Source of the DNA: Verrucomicrobiota bacterium
GTDB lineage: Bacteria; Verrucomicrobiota; Verrucomicrobiia; Limisphaerales; UBA11358
Assembly: GCA_028872915.1 (NCBI GenBank)
Contig: JAGWNY010000014.1
Location: 3,739-67,738 of the forward strand
Direction: 5' to 3'
Length of the DNA: 64,000 nucleotides
Shown piece after piece: positions 23,940-33,072 of this stretch. The translations under genes were made by a program, and so were the position numbers. How positions within the stretch are numbered: the first letter of the stretch is position 1; every line of letters begins with the position of its first letter. The notes under the pieces are model-generated. The model was not told the DNA's origin and ran no database searches. It saw only the letters and a list, made by a program, of their open reading frames with translations.

Positions 23940-24803
23940 TTATGGCGGACATTTTGAACAAGGACATTGTGCTCGCGCCGCGGGATGGGGTTCAGGGGGC
24001 CAAGGCGCGTCGGCCGGGAGGGCGGCGCGGACGGCGGCGAGCAGGGCGGCCACGCGGGTTGCGAGTGGAAAATCGGATGGGGCTTCCAGCGTGTAGCTTT
24101 GCCTGGTTTTGTGGGTGATGAGGTAAAACGCCTCGGGCCAGTCGGGGCGGGATTTTGGGTCCACGTTCGGCCGCAGGATGCCGTTCCTGGCGGGGCGGCC
24201 TTCGATGATTTCGGAATGGTCCACGGGACAGACGGCGGCAACGGCCTGGATGATTTTTTCGGCCAAGGAGGGGCGGCCCTCCGGATTTTGTTCGTAAAGA
24301 TAAAAGCCGCGCGATTCCCAATCTTCGTGGAGAAGGAGGCAAAGGTCAAAGGGGGGCTGGCGTTCGAGCCAGGCAACGTGGGCGAGGATTTCCTCGACGA
24401 CGGGGTTCAAATAGGCGCGATTGAGGTCAATGCCGCGGGCGTTTGCGCGTGAATTGAGGGTGAAGCCGACGGGGTTGAGGCAGGGGAGGGCGTAGAGTTC
24501 GGCGTCCGGCGGCCATTGATTGTCGTGGAGCAGGCGGAGCATGGCCAGCGGCCCGGCCGGCTCATCGCCGTGGATACCGGCGCTGATGTAAACGCGCCTG
24601 GGCCGTTGAACGTTCGGCGTGGGGCGGCGAAGGGCGGACAACTGGAAGGGGCTGCCTTCGAAAAAAATTTCAGAGAGCCAGCCGTGCCGGGAGGCGGCGG
24701 CCTGGACTTCGGCCAGGAGCGCGCGGATGTCAATGGTTTGGCCGCGATAACCGGCCGCGTTTTGAAGCGGCGCTGGCGTTTCTGTTTTGCCCGGCTCGTT
24801 CAC
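23940..24803 (-). CDS. M14-type zinc carboxypeptidase / succinylglutamate desuccinylase-aspartoacylase family protein
   Basis: YISAGIHGDEPAGPLAML (HxxE zinc site), GIDLNRAY and LLLHEDWES blocks. Start inferred at the GTG at 24803. The Arg-rich 130-aa upstream extension of the track ORF looks non-coding. Confidence 0.6.
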   Translation of the reverse strand: MNEPGKTETPAPLQNAAGYRGQTIDIRALLAEVQAAASRHGWLSEIFFEGSPFQLSALRRPTPNVQRPRRVYISAGIHGDEPAGPLAMLRLLHDNQWPPDAELYALPCLNPVGFTLNSRANARGIDLNRAYLNPVVEEILAHVAWLERQPPFDLCLLLHEDWESRGFYLYEQNPEGRPSLAEKIIQAVAAVCPVDHSEIIEGRPARNGILRPNVDPKSRPDWPEAFYLITHKTRQSYTLEAPSDFPLATRVAALLAAVRAALPADAPWPPEPHPAARAQCPCSKCPP

Positions 24804-25226
24804 GCGCCCAATGTGCCGCGCAAACCAGGAATGGGAAATGGCAAAAGAAGAAAGGCCCCGGTTTTTAATGCGTGGGCCTCCCCCATCAGCCACGGCGGGC
24901 GGAGCGGGCGCGTTTTGCCGCAACGCGCCGGCGTGTTTCCGGTTCCATTGCGGCAAAGCGCCCGCGGCCACGGCGGCGGCTCGTTGGCTGGGACTTCTCG
25001 TGCTCTTCTTTCTCACGGCCGCGTTGCCCTCGACCGTGACTGGCGCGTCCGCCGCGTGAAGCGATCTCCCGGAGCGGAAATAACGGCGGGGGGATGGAAT
25101 TTGGCGAGGCTGAGCGAGGGAGCATGCCCAAAGCGGCCTGTAACCGGGCAAAAACGAAGCCAAAACCCAAAAGAACCGCTGCTCTCTTCTCTCCAACCGC
25201 ACGGCTACATTATTCCTTCAACCGCT

Positions 25227-26516
25227 TTAGCGTCCGATGCTTTTGTAAATCCAGCCACGCTCTTCCATTTGGGCGCGGTCGAACAGATTGCGGCCGTCAA
25301 AGAGGATGGGGTGGGACAATGATTTGCGGACGCGTTCGAGGTCCAGGTTTTTGAATTCGTCCCATTCGGTTGCAATCACGAGGGCGTCGCAGCCTTCGGC
25401 GACGGCGTTCATGTCCTCGACGCAGGTAGCGTCGGGCAAAAGTGGCCTGGCCTTTTCCATGGCCTTTGGGTCATGAACGCGGAGCGCGGCGCCTTCTTTT
25501 TGGAGGCGCTGACAAAGGGCAATGGCCGGGGACATGCGCACGTCGTCGGTGTTTTGCTTGAAGGCGAGGCCCAGGACGGCAATTTTTTTGTCTCTCAAGA
25601 CCCAGAGAGTTTCGATGATTTTTTTTACGAATCGGTCCATTTGGTCGGCGTTGATGCGCTGGACCTCCTTGAGGAGGCGGAAATCGTAGCCGATCTGCTC
25701 GGCGATTTTGATGAACGCGCTGAGGTCCTTGGGAAAGCAGCTTCCGCCGAAGCCAATGCCGGCGTCGAGGAATCGCCGTCCAATCCGTTCATCCATTCCC
25801 ATGCCCGCGGCGACTTCCTGGACATTGGCGCCGGAAGCCTCGCAGAGCACGGAGATGGCGTTGATGTAGGAAATTTTGAGGGCAAGAAAGGAATTGGAAG
25901 CGTGCTTGATGAGTTCGGCGGAGGCGATGTCGGTGACGACAATTGGGGCGCGGAACGGGGCGTAAATCTGCTTAAGGGCGGCGACCGGGCGTTGGGAGCG
26001 GACGCCGACGACAACGCGGTCGGGGTTCATGAGGTCGCCAACGGCAAAACCCTCGCGCAAAAACTCGGGATTGCTCACGACGTCGCAATCCACTTTGGCT
26101 TTGCAATATCGTTTGATGGTTTCGGCGACCTTTTCGCCGGTCTTTACCGGCACGGTGCTTTTGTCCACGACGATTTTGTATTCGGTCATGGCGCCGGCGA
26201 TGTCGCGGGCGACGCGCTCGATGAAGCTCAAATCCACCGAACCGTCGGGCTGCGGCGGTGTGGGGACAGCGATGAAAACAACGTCCGATTGTTGGACGCC
26301 TTCCGGAGTATTTTCAGTGAAAGAGAGGCGTCCGAGGGCGACGTTCCTTTTGACAAGCTCTTCGAGGCCCGGTTCGTAGATTGGAATGACGCCGGCGCGA
26401 AGCTGGCGCACTTTTGCGGCATCATTGTCCACGCAAATGACGCGGTGCCCCACTTCCGCAAAACAGGCGCCGGTGACGAGACCGACGTAGCCGGTGCCGA
26501 TGATGGTGAGCTTCAT
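25227..26516 (-). CDS. ugd: UDP-glucose 6-dehydrogenase
   Basis: MKLTIIGTGYVGLVTGACFAEVGHRVICVD, catalytic GFGGSCFPKD, C-terminal UDPG-binding domain. The ATG at 26516 was verified in sequence. Confidence 0.9.
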   Translation of the reverse strand: MKLTIIGTGYVGLVTGACFAEVGHRVICVDNDAAKVRQLRAGVIPIYEPGLEELVKRNVALGRLSFTENTPEGVQQSDVVFIAVPTPPQPDGSVDLSFIERVARDIAGAMTEYKIVVDKSTVPVKTGEKVAETIKRYCKAKVDCDVVSNPEFLREGFAVGDLMNPDRVVVGVRSQRPVAALKQIYAPFRAPIVVTDIASAELIKHASNSFLALKISYINAISVLCEASGANVQEVAAGMGMDERIGRRFLDAGIGFGGSCFPKDLSAFIKIAEQIGYDFRLLKEVQRINADQMDRFVKKIIETLWVLRDKKIAVLGLAFKQNTDDVRMSPAIALCQRLQKEGAALRVHDPKAMEKARPLLPDATCVEDMNAVAEGCDALVIATEWDEFKNLDLERVRKSLSHPILFDGRNLFDRAQMEERGWIYKSIGR

Positions 26517-26529
26517 TCCAGCGGCGGGT

Positions 26530-27201
26530 TTATTGGTGGAACTGGAAGGCAGGGGCCGAAAGGGCCGCGGGCGGCACCTGGTTTTTGAAGTCAAGATAGT
26601 GGAGGGTGGCCTGCACACCGAGAGCGCCGGACTGATCGGACTGGGCCACTTCCATATAATGCTGGAGGGCGTCATTCAACCGCCCGGCATTCTCGTAAAG
26701 TTCGGCCAGGGCAAAATTGGCCGGGTTTGCGGCCGAAATTTCGGCGGAACTGTTGACGATGCCCTGGTATGAGCCGATGGCCATTTGGGTCTGGCCTTCG
26801 GCTTCTTCACAGGCGGCGACGCCGAGTTTGGCCTGGGTGGAAAACTGGCTTTCGGGATGATTGTCTAAAAATTGCTGAAATCGCGCCTGGGCGTTGGTGA
26901 AATCGTTTTGCACGAATAATAGTTCGGCGCCGCCGAGAAACGCGCGTTGTCCGGCGACGGTTCCCGGATATGCCTGGTCCAGCGCGAAGTAGGCGTCCGG
27001 GCCGGCGTGCGGATTTGTCACCAGGACGGTGAGTGCCCGGCCGGCGGCAATTTCCTTTTGCTGGCTTTCCATGGAAAAATACCAGAATAGAAAGACGGCA
27101 ATGACGACCACGGCGGCGGCGGCGGCGATGCGGTACTTGCTGGCTTCGATACGCGGCCAGAGTTTCAGAAGGTAAAGGGCCGTTGCGTCCTGTGATGGCA
27201 T
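26530..27201 (-). CDS. membrane-anchored tetratricopeptide-repeat-like protein
   Basis: One N-terminal TM helix (IAAAAAVVVIAVFLFWYF) followed by helical repeats with A/Y/L spacing (ALAELYENAGRLNDALQHY..). Confidence 0.45.
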   Translation of the reverse strand: MPSQDATALYLLKLWPRIEASKYRIAAAAAVVVIAVFLFWYFSMESQQKEIAAGRALTVLVTNPHAGPDAYFALDQAYPGTVAGQRAFLGGAELLFVQNDFTNAQARFQQFLDNHPESQFSTQAKLGVAACEEAEGQTQMAIGSYQGIVNSSAEISAANPANFALAELYENAGRLNDALQHYMEVAQSDQSGALGVQATLHYLDFKNQVPPAALSAPAFQFHQ

Positions 27202-27240
27202 AAAAAAACAGTGTTTCCGCAGTCACGCAGAAAGGCAATC

Positions 27241-29511
27241 CTAAAGTGGAGGCGAAAGCGGGGCGCGTGGGGACCTGGCGCGGCACAAAAGAGGGCCAGC
27301 CAGGCATACGCACAATGTAACAATGGAAATTTTGACACCGACGGCGAACGCGCGGTCTTGATAGGCGAGCCGGACTTCATGCCGTCCCGGCGGGGTCTGC
27401 ACGGCCTGAAAGGCGTAATTGGCGCGTAACAGCCGGGCCGGATGTCCATCCACGGTGGCATGCCAGTTGGCATCAAACGTTTGGGCGATGACGGCCAGCG
27501 ACGGCGCCGTTGACTGGACGGTGAAGTCCACGCGCTGAAAGCCAAACCGGGATTGAATGACCCGGGCGGGAGCGGCATGGGTTACATAAACAAAGGGCCT
27601 GTCCCGCGGCACGAGAAAAACGACAGCAGCAGGGTTCCAATTCGTCCAACCCAGGACGCCCATGGCGTCGGAGGGCTTGACAAAAAGCGGCTGCTGTCCG
27701 GCAGTGACCAGTGGCAGGGCGCCCTTGCGGCTTTGCCATTTGTAGATATTTTTTGATTCCGAAACCTGCGAAACGCCGAGGAAATTCTTCAAGGGCGAAA
27801 AATCCAGGTTGGTCGCCCCGTAAAGCCAGGATTGCAGGGCGTCACATTCGCGCGGGGCGAGCGAAAAAAAACCATCCACCTTGGGGACAGAATCCAGGAG
27901 ATTCACATTGCCGCCATAAGCCAGGCGCTTGAGGAGGAACTCATTTTCCGGGCGCGAAAGGGCAACATGGACAAAGGTCATTTCCGCCGGCGGGGAGATC
28001 ATGGCGCGCGAGCGGCCGAGGTTTGGTTGAGGCTGCATTTTCAAGCGCCGGCGCGCCAGATTGGGTTGATAGACGGATGGGGGCACGGTGGGATTTTGGG
28101 GCGGCTCATGGGTTTGCACGTCGAGCCATGAGAATAGAACGAGGAGAAGCGGCGCAAATCGGAAGAGGGGCGATTCGCGCCCGCGGGCCAGCACAAAGAG
28201 AAGCGCGGCGGCCAGCAAGATGAAGCCCGCCCGCGACAATCCATTGAGGAGGGCGGCGTGGGCTTGCGGGGCAGTGAACGAAAATTTGCCGACCCAGAAC
28301 AAAACAGCGCCCAACAGCCCAAGAAGGACGGTTCCGATGAAAAAGAGGCGATCGGTCGAGACGGTTCTTTCCAGCAAGGCGGCCAGGGCGAGCGCGGCCA
28401 GCAGGGGAACAACGAAGGCATCAACCAGGAGATATTTGACAGGATAGGTGATCAGGCTCAACTGAGGGATAACGGCCCGGAGCTCCGGATATAGGAAGGT
28501 ATGCCCGCCCATGCCGAAAATGAGGGCGATGATGGCGGCCACGGACAGCAAAACGGCGCGCGGCGCGCGAACGCGCCAGGCGGCATAAATGGCCAGCCAT
28601 AGCGCCGCCACGCCCAAATAATAGGAAGAAGTCCAAGACTGGCCGAATTGAAAAAAGACGCCTTCGTCGGCGGTTGTGCCAAAAGCCATAGGGACAAGGA
28701 AATTGACCCATCCCCATGCGGGCATGGACCAGCGCAGATCGGTGTAGCCGAACTGACGCTCCGAGTGGGCGGCCAGATTGAGGAACGGCAGCAATTGGGC
28801 CGCGCACAGCGCGGCCACGAGCGCCACGATTACGGGAAACCGCCAGAGGGTCGGCAGGCGCGACGTGTCGCCGCGGACGAAATGACGCGCCCAAAGGGCG
28901 GCGAGCAGGAGCCAGGTGAAGAGGATCGGCTCCGGTCCGCCGGCGAGCATTTGCATGGCGCCGGCAAACACGGCGACGAAAATGCAGCGGCCGCCGTCCT
29001 GCCACGCTTTTTCCACGGCGAGAATCACCCAGGGCATCCAACTGAAGGTGGCGACGTGGCTTGGCCACATGAGCAGGTTGAGGGTCAGGCCATTAAACGA
29101 AAAAACCACTCCGGCGAAGGCGGCGGCCGGGGCGCTGCCGCTCCATTTGCGGGCGAGAAAAAACATGCCCATGCCCGCGAACCAAAGATGCAGCAGGCAA
29201 AAAAAATTGAGGGACCAGGGCAAGGGGAGGAGGAGATAAAGGAGGGCGGGCGGATAGAGAGGCATGGTGTTCCATTGGGCCAGGAAAGGGATGCCGCAGT
29301 CGTTGTAAGGGTTCCAGAAGGGCAATTGACCGCGCCAAAAACACTCGCGTTGGAACCAGGCGGCCGGGAACGAGAAGAAACCGAAGTCGCGCGCGACGAA
29401 CGTTTGGGCGCCCAGGATGACTTCCGGAAATGCCGCGAAAACGAGAAGCGCCAAGAGGAGGGCAAAGCGCGCCGGGGAGAAAAAATTCAAGACGCGGCCC
29501 GTGGTATTCAT
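27241..29511 (-). CDS. large polytopic membrane protein, YfhO-like (glycosyl-transfer associated)
   Basis: 756 aa. It has more than 12 predicted TM helices in the N-terminal two thirds and a soluble beta-rich C-terminal domain ending in a last TM. The N-terminal FPEVILGAQTFVARDFGFFSFP...WNPYNDCGIPFLAQW resembles YfhO family starts. Confidence 0.45.
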   Translation of the reverse strand: MNTTGRVLNFFSPARFALLLALLVFAAFPEVILGAQTFVARDFGFFSFPAAWFQRECFWRGQLPFWNPYNDCGIPFLAQWNTMPLYPPALLYLLLPLPWSLNFFCLLHLWFAGMGMFFLARKWSGSAPAAAFAGVVFSFNGLTLNLLMWPSHVATFSWMPWVILAVEKAWQDGGRCIFVAVFAGAMQMLAGGPEPILFTWLLLAALWARHFVRGDTSRLPTLWRFPVIVALVAALCAAQLLPFLNLAAHSERQFGYTDLRWSMPAWGWVNFLVPMAFGTTADEGVFFQFGQSWTSSYYLGVAALWLAIYAAWRVRAPRAVLLSVAAIIALIFGMGGHTFLYPELRAVIPQLSLITYPVKYLLVDAFVVPLLAALALAALLERTVSTDRLFFIGTVLLGLLGAVLFWVGKFSFTAPQAHAALLNGLSRAGFILLAAALLFVLARGRESPLFRFAPLLLVLFSWLDVQTHEPPQNPTVPPSVYQPNLARRRLKMQPQPNLGRSRAMISPPAEMTFVHVALSRPENEFLLKRLAYGGNVNLLDSVPKVDGFFSLAPRECDALQSWLYGATNLDFSPLKNFLGVSQVSESKNIYKWQSRKGALPLVTAGQQPLFVKPSDAMGVLGWTNWNPAAVVFLVPRDRPFVYVTHAAPARVIQSRFGFQRVDFTVQSTAPSLAVIAQTFDANWHATVDGHPARLLRANYAFQAVQTPPGRHEVRLAYQDRAFAVGVKISIVTLCVCLAGPLLCRARSPRAPLSPPL

Positions 29512-29628
29512 GCGAAATTGCGTTAAAGGATACTGGGTGTTTCGGGGCGAAAGCGCAAGCTCGACGAGGCGCGAGACACCTTACTCGACCACCCCCTGGC
29601 GGAGGCTTTGCACAATAGCGCATGAAAT

Positions 29629-29675
29629 GATCTGACTTTTTGTGCAAACGGATTTTCTGCACAAAAAGTCAGGTC
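29629..29675 (-). terminator. strong stem-loop directly after the 29674 ORF stop
   Basis: ctgactttttgtgca (29632-29646) pairs perfectly with tgcacaaaaagtcag (29658-29672) around an 11-nt loop, extendable by 3 more pairs. There is no clean U-tract on either strand, so the intrinsic-terminator assignment is tentative. Confidence 0.45.
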
Positions 29676-30039
29676 AACTGCCCCACGCCGTGGTAATCCA
29701 ACTGTTTATTTCTAAAAGCACAGCACACCTGTGTACCGGCTGATAAAGAGGTTGACCAAGCCCCCTAAAAAAGAAATGAAACATTGAACCATCAGCGCGG
29801 GTTTCAAAATTCGGAACACCAGCGCGGGTATAGACGACCACGTTCTGACCGGCTTTAACCGGGTAAGGAGAAAACCAGAAACAGTTTTTATTATTAACTT
29901 CGATCAACCCCTGTACTGTCTGGTACTGTGTGTCGACAATCGCGCAGAACTGAAGATCAATATCAGCCAAGGCGCGAAAATGAACGCGCTCGTTTGCGAT
30001 ATTTCCACGGTCGTAAATGCCTAACCACGTGGTCTTCAT
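29674..30039 (-). CDS. hypothetical small beta-rich protein (121 aa)
   Basis: MKTTWLGIYDRGNIANERVHFRALADIDLQFCAIVD...CFWFSPYPVKAGQNVVVYTRAG. The ATG overlaps the upstream gene stop (ATGA). AT-richer than the surroundings. No family confidently recognised; the strand pattern is faintly lamin-tail-domain-like. Confidence 0.45.
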   Translation of the reverse strand: MKTTWLGIYDRGNIANERVHFRALADIDLQFCAIVDTQYQTVQGLIEVNNKNCFWFSPYPVKAGQNVVVYTRAGVPNFETRADGSMFHFFFRGLGQPLYQPVHRCAVLLEINSWITTAWGS

Positions 30040-30482
30040 TTGAATGAAATTCTCCCGTATGTTGCTCCCAGTACCAGCGCCAGACCAACAGTCAAAACGA
30101 TAGGCCCTTTTCCCGTATTGTCCCAGAAATAGGGTGCCAGACCTATAGTTGCACACCCGACCCCAACACCGACCCCAAACATGACTTCGTTTATTTTGTT
30201 GGATTTGAGCTTTTCTTCGAGGATTCCAGCGCGTTTGTCGGCCTCGTAATACTTTGCCCGGTATTCTTTGAGATCATTGGATTCTTCTTCAGCACGAATG
30301 AGCATATCCAAAATACACTTTTGGGTGCCCGGATTGGCCAATTCAGCTTCTGTAAGCTGGATTTTAAGGTCTTGGAAAGCGGCTCGCCGTCCCGTCGCCG
30401 GAACAGCCGGAGGAGCAGCCTGTGGTGGTGGCTGTGGCGCGTCTTTTTGCTCAGTCTGCTCTTGCTGCGGAGGTTCGGGCAT
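30036..30482 (-). CDS. hypothetical membrane protein (Pro/Gln-rich N-terminus, coiled coil, two C-terminal TM helices)
   Basis: MPEPPQQEQTEQKDAPQPPPQAAPPAVPA..., then LTEAELANPGTQKCILDMLIRAEEESNDLKEYRAKYYEADKRAGILEEKLK, then FGVGVGVGCATIGLAPYFW and GPIVLTVGLALVLGATYG. Confidence 0.45.
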   Translation of the reverse strand: MPEPPQQEQTEQKDAPQPPPQAAPPAVPATGRRAAFQDLKIQLTEAELANPGTQKCILDMLIRAEEESNDLKEYRAKYYEADKRAGILEEKLKSNKINEVMFGVGVGVGCATIGLAPYFWDNTGKGPIVLTVGLALVLGATYGRISFK

Positions 30483-30812
30483 AAACCGGTGGAAGCCAAT
30501 ACCCGCAAATTGGATTCGTCAACATTTTTTAATTTGTATCCTGTTCCCGTTCCCGTATTCGGATCAACACCCCGCACTTCGGGCAGGCGGATGTCGCTGG
30601 CGGGTGTTGGATTTTAACAACAGAACAATTTAGCGTAGCGGTAAGGGCACACGGAAATTACGACATTTCTTCCGAGAATCCCTTGCCTTGCACACGCCCC
30701 ATCGGGCGTGTGGCTTGGTGCATCTTCTCGAAGGGCTTCGTAACCCTCTGTGTGGGTGTGCTGGCTGCACGCCTTTTTCTTTCCTGCTTCGCGTTTAACG
30801 CCCGGTTTGATT

Positions 30813-31085
30813 ATGGCTCTAACCACGTGCCCTGAATGCGGCAAAAGCGTATCCACGACGGCGTTGAAATGCCCCAGTTGTGGTTTTACTCGACCGACAA
30901 AATCAAATGAAGGATTGTGCAGCCCCGATTATCCGGTCTGGGACTGGGGTGCGACACACGAGTTCGAGGAGCGGGAGGTGACTCAATGCTGGAATACCAT
31001 CGGTAACTGGCTGGCCGTTGTTATCCTTATACTGATTGTCGGTTTTATTGCCTACCTGTCAGGCTGCGGTGCAGAAGGGCAGTAA
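30813..31085 (+). CDS. zinc-ribbon domain protein with C-terminal TM helix
   Basis: MALTTCPECGKSVSTTALKCPSCGF (CxxC-N10-CxxC) and the C-terminal WLAVVILILIVGFIAYL. Divergent from the 30482 gene. Confidence 0.5.
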   Translation: MALTTCPECGKSVSTTALKCPSCGFTRPTKSNEGLCSPDYPVWDWGATHEFEEREVTQCWNTIGNWLAVVILILIVGFIAYLSGCGAEGQ

Positions 31086-33045
31086 ATTTTATTTTTGTGC
31101 GGAATCTCGACGTTTTGGGCAAACGGTCAATTATGTGCAAAGCCCCTTTCCGGAGAGAAATTGGCGGGAGATATTCGCCGATGCGCCGCCGTTTCCACCA
31201 CGCGCGGGTTGCCTGGCGTTCGGCGAAATTCGTGAAGTGGTAATCGAACAATTCGGCGCGGATGTAGCGGGGCGGATGATTGGGAAAGGGATTATGCTTG
31301 AGCAAAGGGAGGACCCTCGGCGAGCCGCGCAAGAGACAGATACAGAAGCGCACAAACCACGGATTGTCCCGATAGTCGCCAAGCGCGGCGAACCACATCT
31401 GCCAGTCCAGGCGCGGCTGGTGCGGCGCAACAAAGGGCGGGGCGCGGTTGACGTCGCCCGGTTTATATTTGAATTCGTACGGCAGCCAATGAGCGCCGTC
31501 ATTGCTGCCTTCGACAATGATTTCATGCCGCTCCGTGGTCATCACGGCAAACAAGCCGTAGCGGTTGAAGGCGCGGAACGGCGCCAGCCACTGCTCCGCC
31601 AGCGCCGCCGGGCTGAGCCACGCGCCGGACGCGCCAGACAACGAGGCGACTTGAAATCCGTCAAGGGCCAGCACCAGGGCGGCCAGCGGAATGGTGATCA
31701 GACGGGGCCAGGCAATGGCGCGGCGAAACGGCCGCGACTGAAGGCGTTCGTGCTTGTTGCAGGCAAGGCGGCCAAAGACAAAATCGTCGAGGAGTGGAAT
31801 GCACAGCGCGAGCGCGAGCCAGTTGAAGAAAGTGTAATTGCCGGACAATAAAATCATTATTTGCAGAAACGCGAACGCGCCGCAGCCGATGAAGCGAATT
31901 CGGCGCGGGGCAAAAATGAGGAACGGCGCGCCCATTTCAACGCCCAACACGACACCGCATGAGACCTTTTGAAACCACAAGGGCAACTGGTTTGCATACC
32001 AGGCAATGGGCGTGGGCAAAGGTTGCGTGTAATAATGGAACGTGAGCGCCGTGAGATGATGCCAGTTTTGGTCGCCGCCCAGCCATTTGACCGCCCCGGC
32101 TGAAAGCATGAATTTAAACATGAGAGCGCGCAACAGCCACAGAACAATGCGCGAGGGCGGCCCTTCATGTTCCCACCGGGGCAGCAGATGAAGCGGGGCG
32201 AAAAAGATCGCCAGAAAGCCGGTTTCCAGAAGGAGATTGTCCCATTGAAACGCCAGAAAATCCTGGCCGGCGACCGCCAGCGAAAGATAAAGGAGCCATA
32301 ACAACGCCAGGCAGGGCGCGGGCGCAATGCCCAGGACAAGAAGCGCGCCCAGCACGACGCCGGCGGCGCATTGCGCATTTAAGAAAGCATCGGAAGGGTC
32401 CAGCCAGCAAAGCGTCGGCAGGAAGTAAGGGCGCGCAAAGCCCAGTCCCTGCTGGTCCAATTGATGGCCGGCGGCGGATAAATACCGGCTGGCCGGCAGA
32501 ATGCCATTGTGCCCGATCAACCCCGTGACCTGTGTCCAGAGCGACGCAAAAGCCATCAGATAGACCACGCCCAACGCGGCCAGAAAGAGCCGGCGGACAA
32601 GAAAATAGCCGGGCCGCTCCACCCGCGCTCCGCAGAGCAACCGCGTCAGCCGCGAAAAAGCCGCGCGATGGCCTGCCACAAATTCGTAAAGGCGTTCCGC
32701 GATGGCCGCCGGCATTGGAAGGCGATGGTAAAGTCGCAGAGGCCATTGAAAGTTCCGGCTTTGGGCCAGCGAAAGAAAAACCGCTTCCGCGCCAAAAAAG
32801 ACCCGGCCATCGGGCTGAATGACATGGACTGATTTTTCGAATTGCGCCCGCGGGATTTCGGGGAATCGTTCCAGGGTTTGCGCGTCCTGAAACGCCAGAT
32901 ATTCGACGGCTTCGCCGGTGATCTGGCGCCAGCGCCGTATCCACAGCCGGCAAAAGCGGCAATCATGGTCGAAGACCATTACGGGCCTGGAGGGCGGCGC
33001 GGCGACGCGAAGGTTCGATTTCACGGAATCAAACCATAGCGGCAA
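31045..33045 (-). CDS. DCC-family thiol-disulfide oxidoreductase (DUF393) fused to a lipase maturation factor (LMF1-like) membrane domain
   Basis: N-terminus VMVFDHDCRFCRLWIRRW (DxxCxxC of the DCC family). The polytopic body has FQWDNLLLETGFLAIFFAP, the hallmark LMF block. Confidence 0.65.
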   Translation of the reverse strand: MPLWFDSVKSNLRVAAPPSRPVMVFDHDCRFCRLWIRRWRQITGEAVEYLAFQDAQTLERFPEIPRAQFEKSVHVIQPDGRVFFGAEAVFLSLAQSRNFQWPLRLYHRLPMPAAIAERLYEFVAGHRAAFSRLTRLLCGARVERPGYFLVRRLFLAALGVVYLMAFASLWTQVTGLIGHNGILPASRYLSAAGHQLDQQGLGFARPYFLPTLCWLDPSDAFLNAQCAAGVVLGALLVLGIAPAPCLALLWLLYLSLAVAGQDFLAFQWDNLLLETGFLAIFFAPLHLLPRWEHEGPPSRIVLWLLRALMFKFMLSAGAVKWLGGDQNWHHLTALTFHYYTQPLPTPIAWYANQLPLWFQKVSCGVVLGVEMGAPFLIFAPRRIRFIGCGAFAFLQIMILLSGNYTFFNWLALALCIPLLDDFVFGRLACNKHERLQSRPFRRAIAWPRLITIPLAALVLALDGFQVASLSGASGAWLSPAALAEQWLAPFRAFNRYGLFAVMTTERHEIIVEGSNDGAHWLPYEFKYKPGDVNRAPPFVAPHQPRLDWQMWFAALGDYRDNPWFVRFCICLLRGSPRVLPLLKHNPFPNHPPRYIRAELFDYHFTNFAERQATRAWWKRRRIGEYLPPISLRKGALHIIDRLPKTSRFRTKIKFTALLHRSLTGRQ

Positions 33046-33072
33046 AGGAATCTGAAAAACAGGCGGGAAAAT

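Noticed and set aside
23135-24118. 327-aa plus-strand ORF spanning the ABC-2 permease 3' half, the repeat element and the M14 gene 3' end
   Set aside because: It is out of frame with or antisense to supported genes and runs through the interspersed repeat, with no motifs.
24804-25202. Upstream 130-aa part of the 420-aa ORF containing the M14/AstE-like domain
   Set aside because: The composition is Arg/Ala/Pro-rich and unlike the rest of the protein. The recognisable domain starts after about 24800. About 420 bp here remain unassigned; no convincing gene was seen on either strand.
25473-26588. 371-aa plus-strand ORF
   Set aside because: It is antisense to ugd, which has a clear NAD-binding N-terminus and catalytic Cys motif, and it has a Gly/Asp/Val-rich shadow composition.
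30565-30609. Imperfect long-loop hairpin (caacaccccgc ... gcgggtgttg) in the 30.5-30.8 kb intergenic region as a candidate ncRNA
   Set aside because: A 10-bp stem with a bulge and a 24-nt loop is within chance expectation for GC-rich DNA. No promoter or terminator context could be supported.
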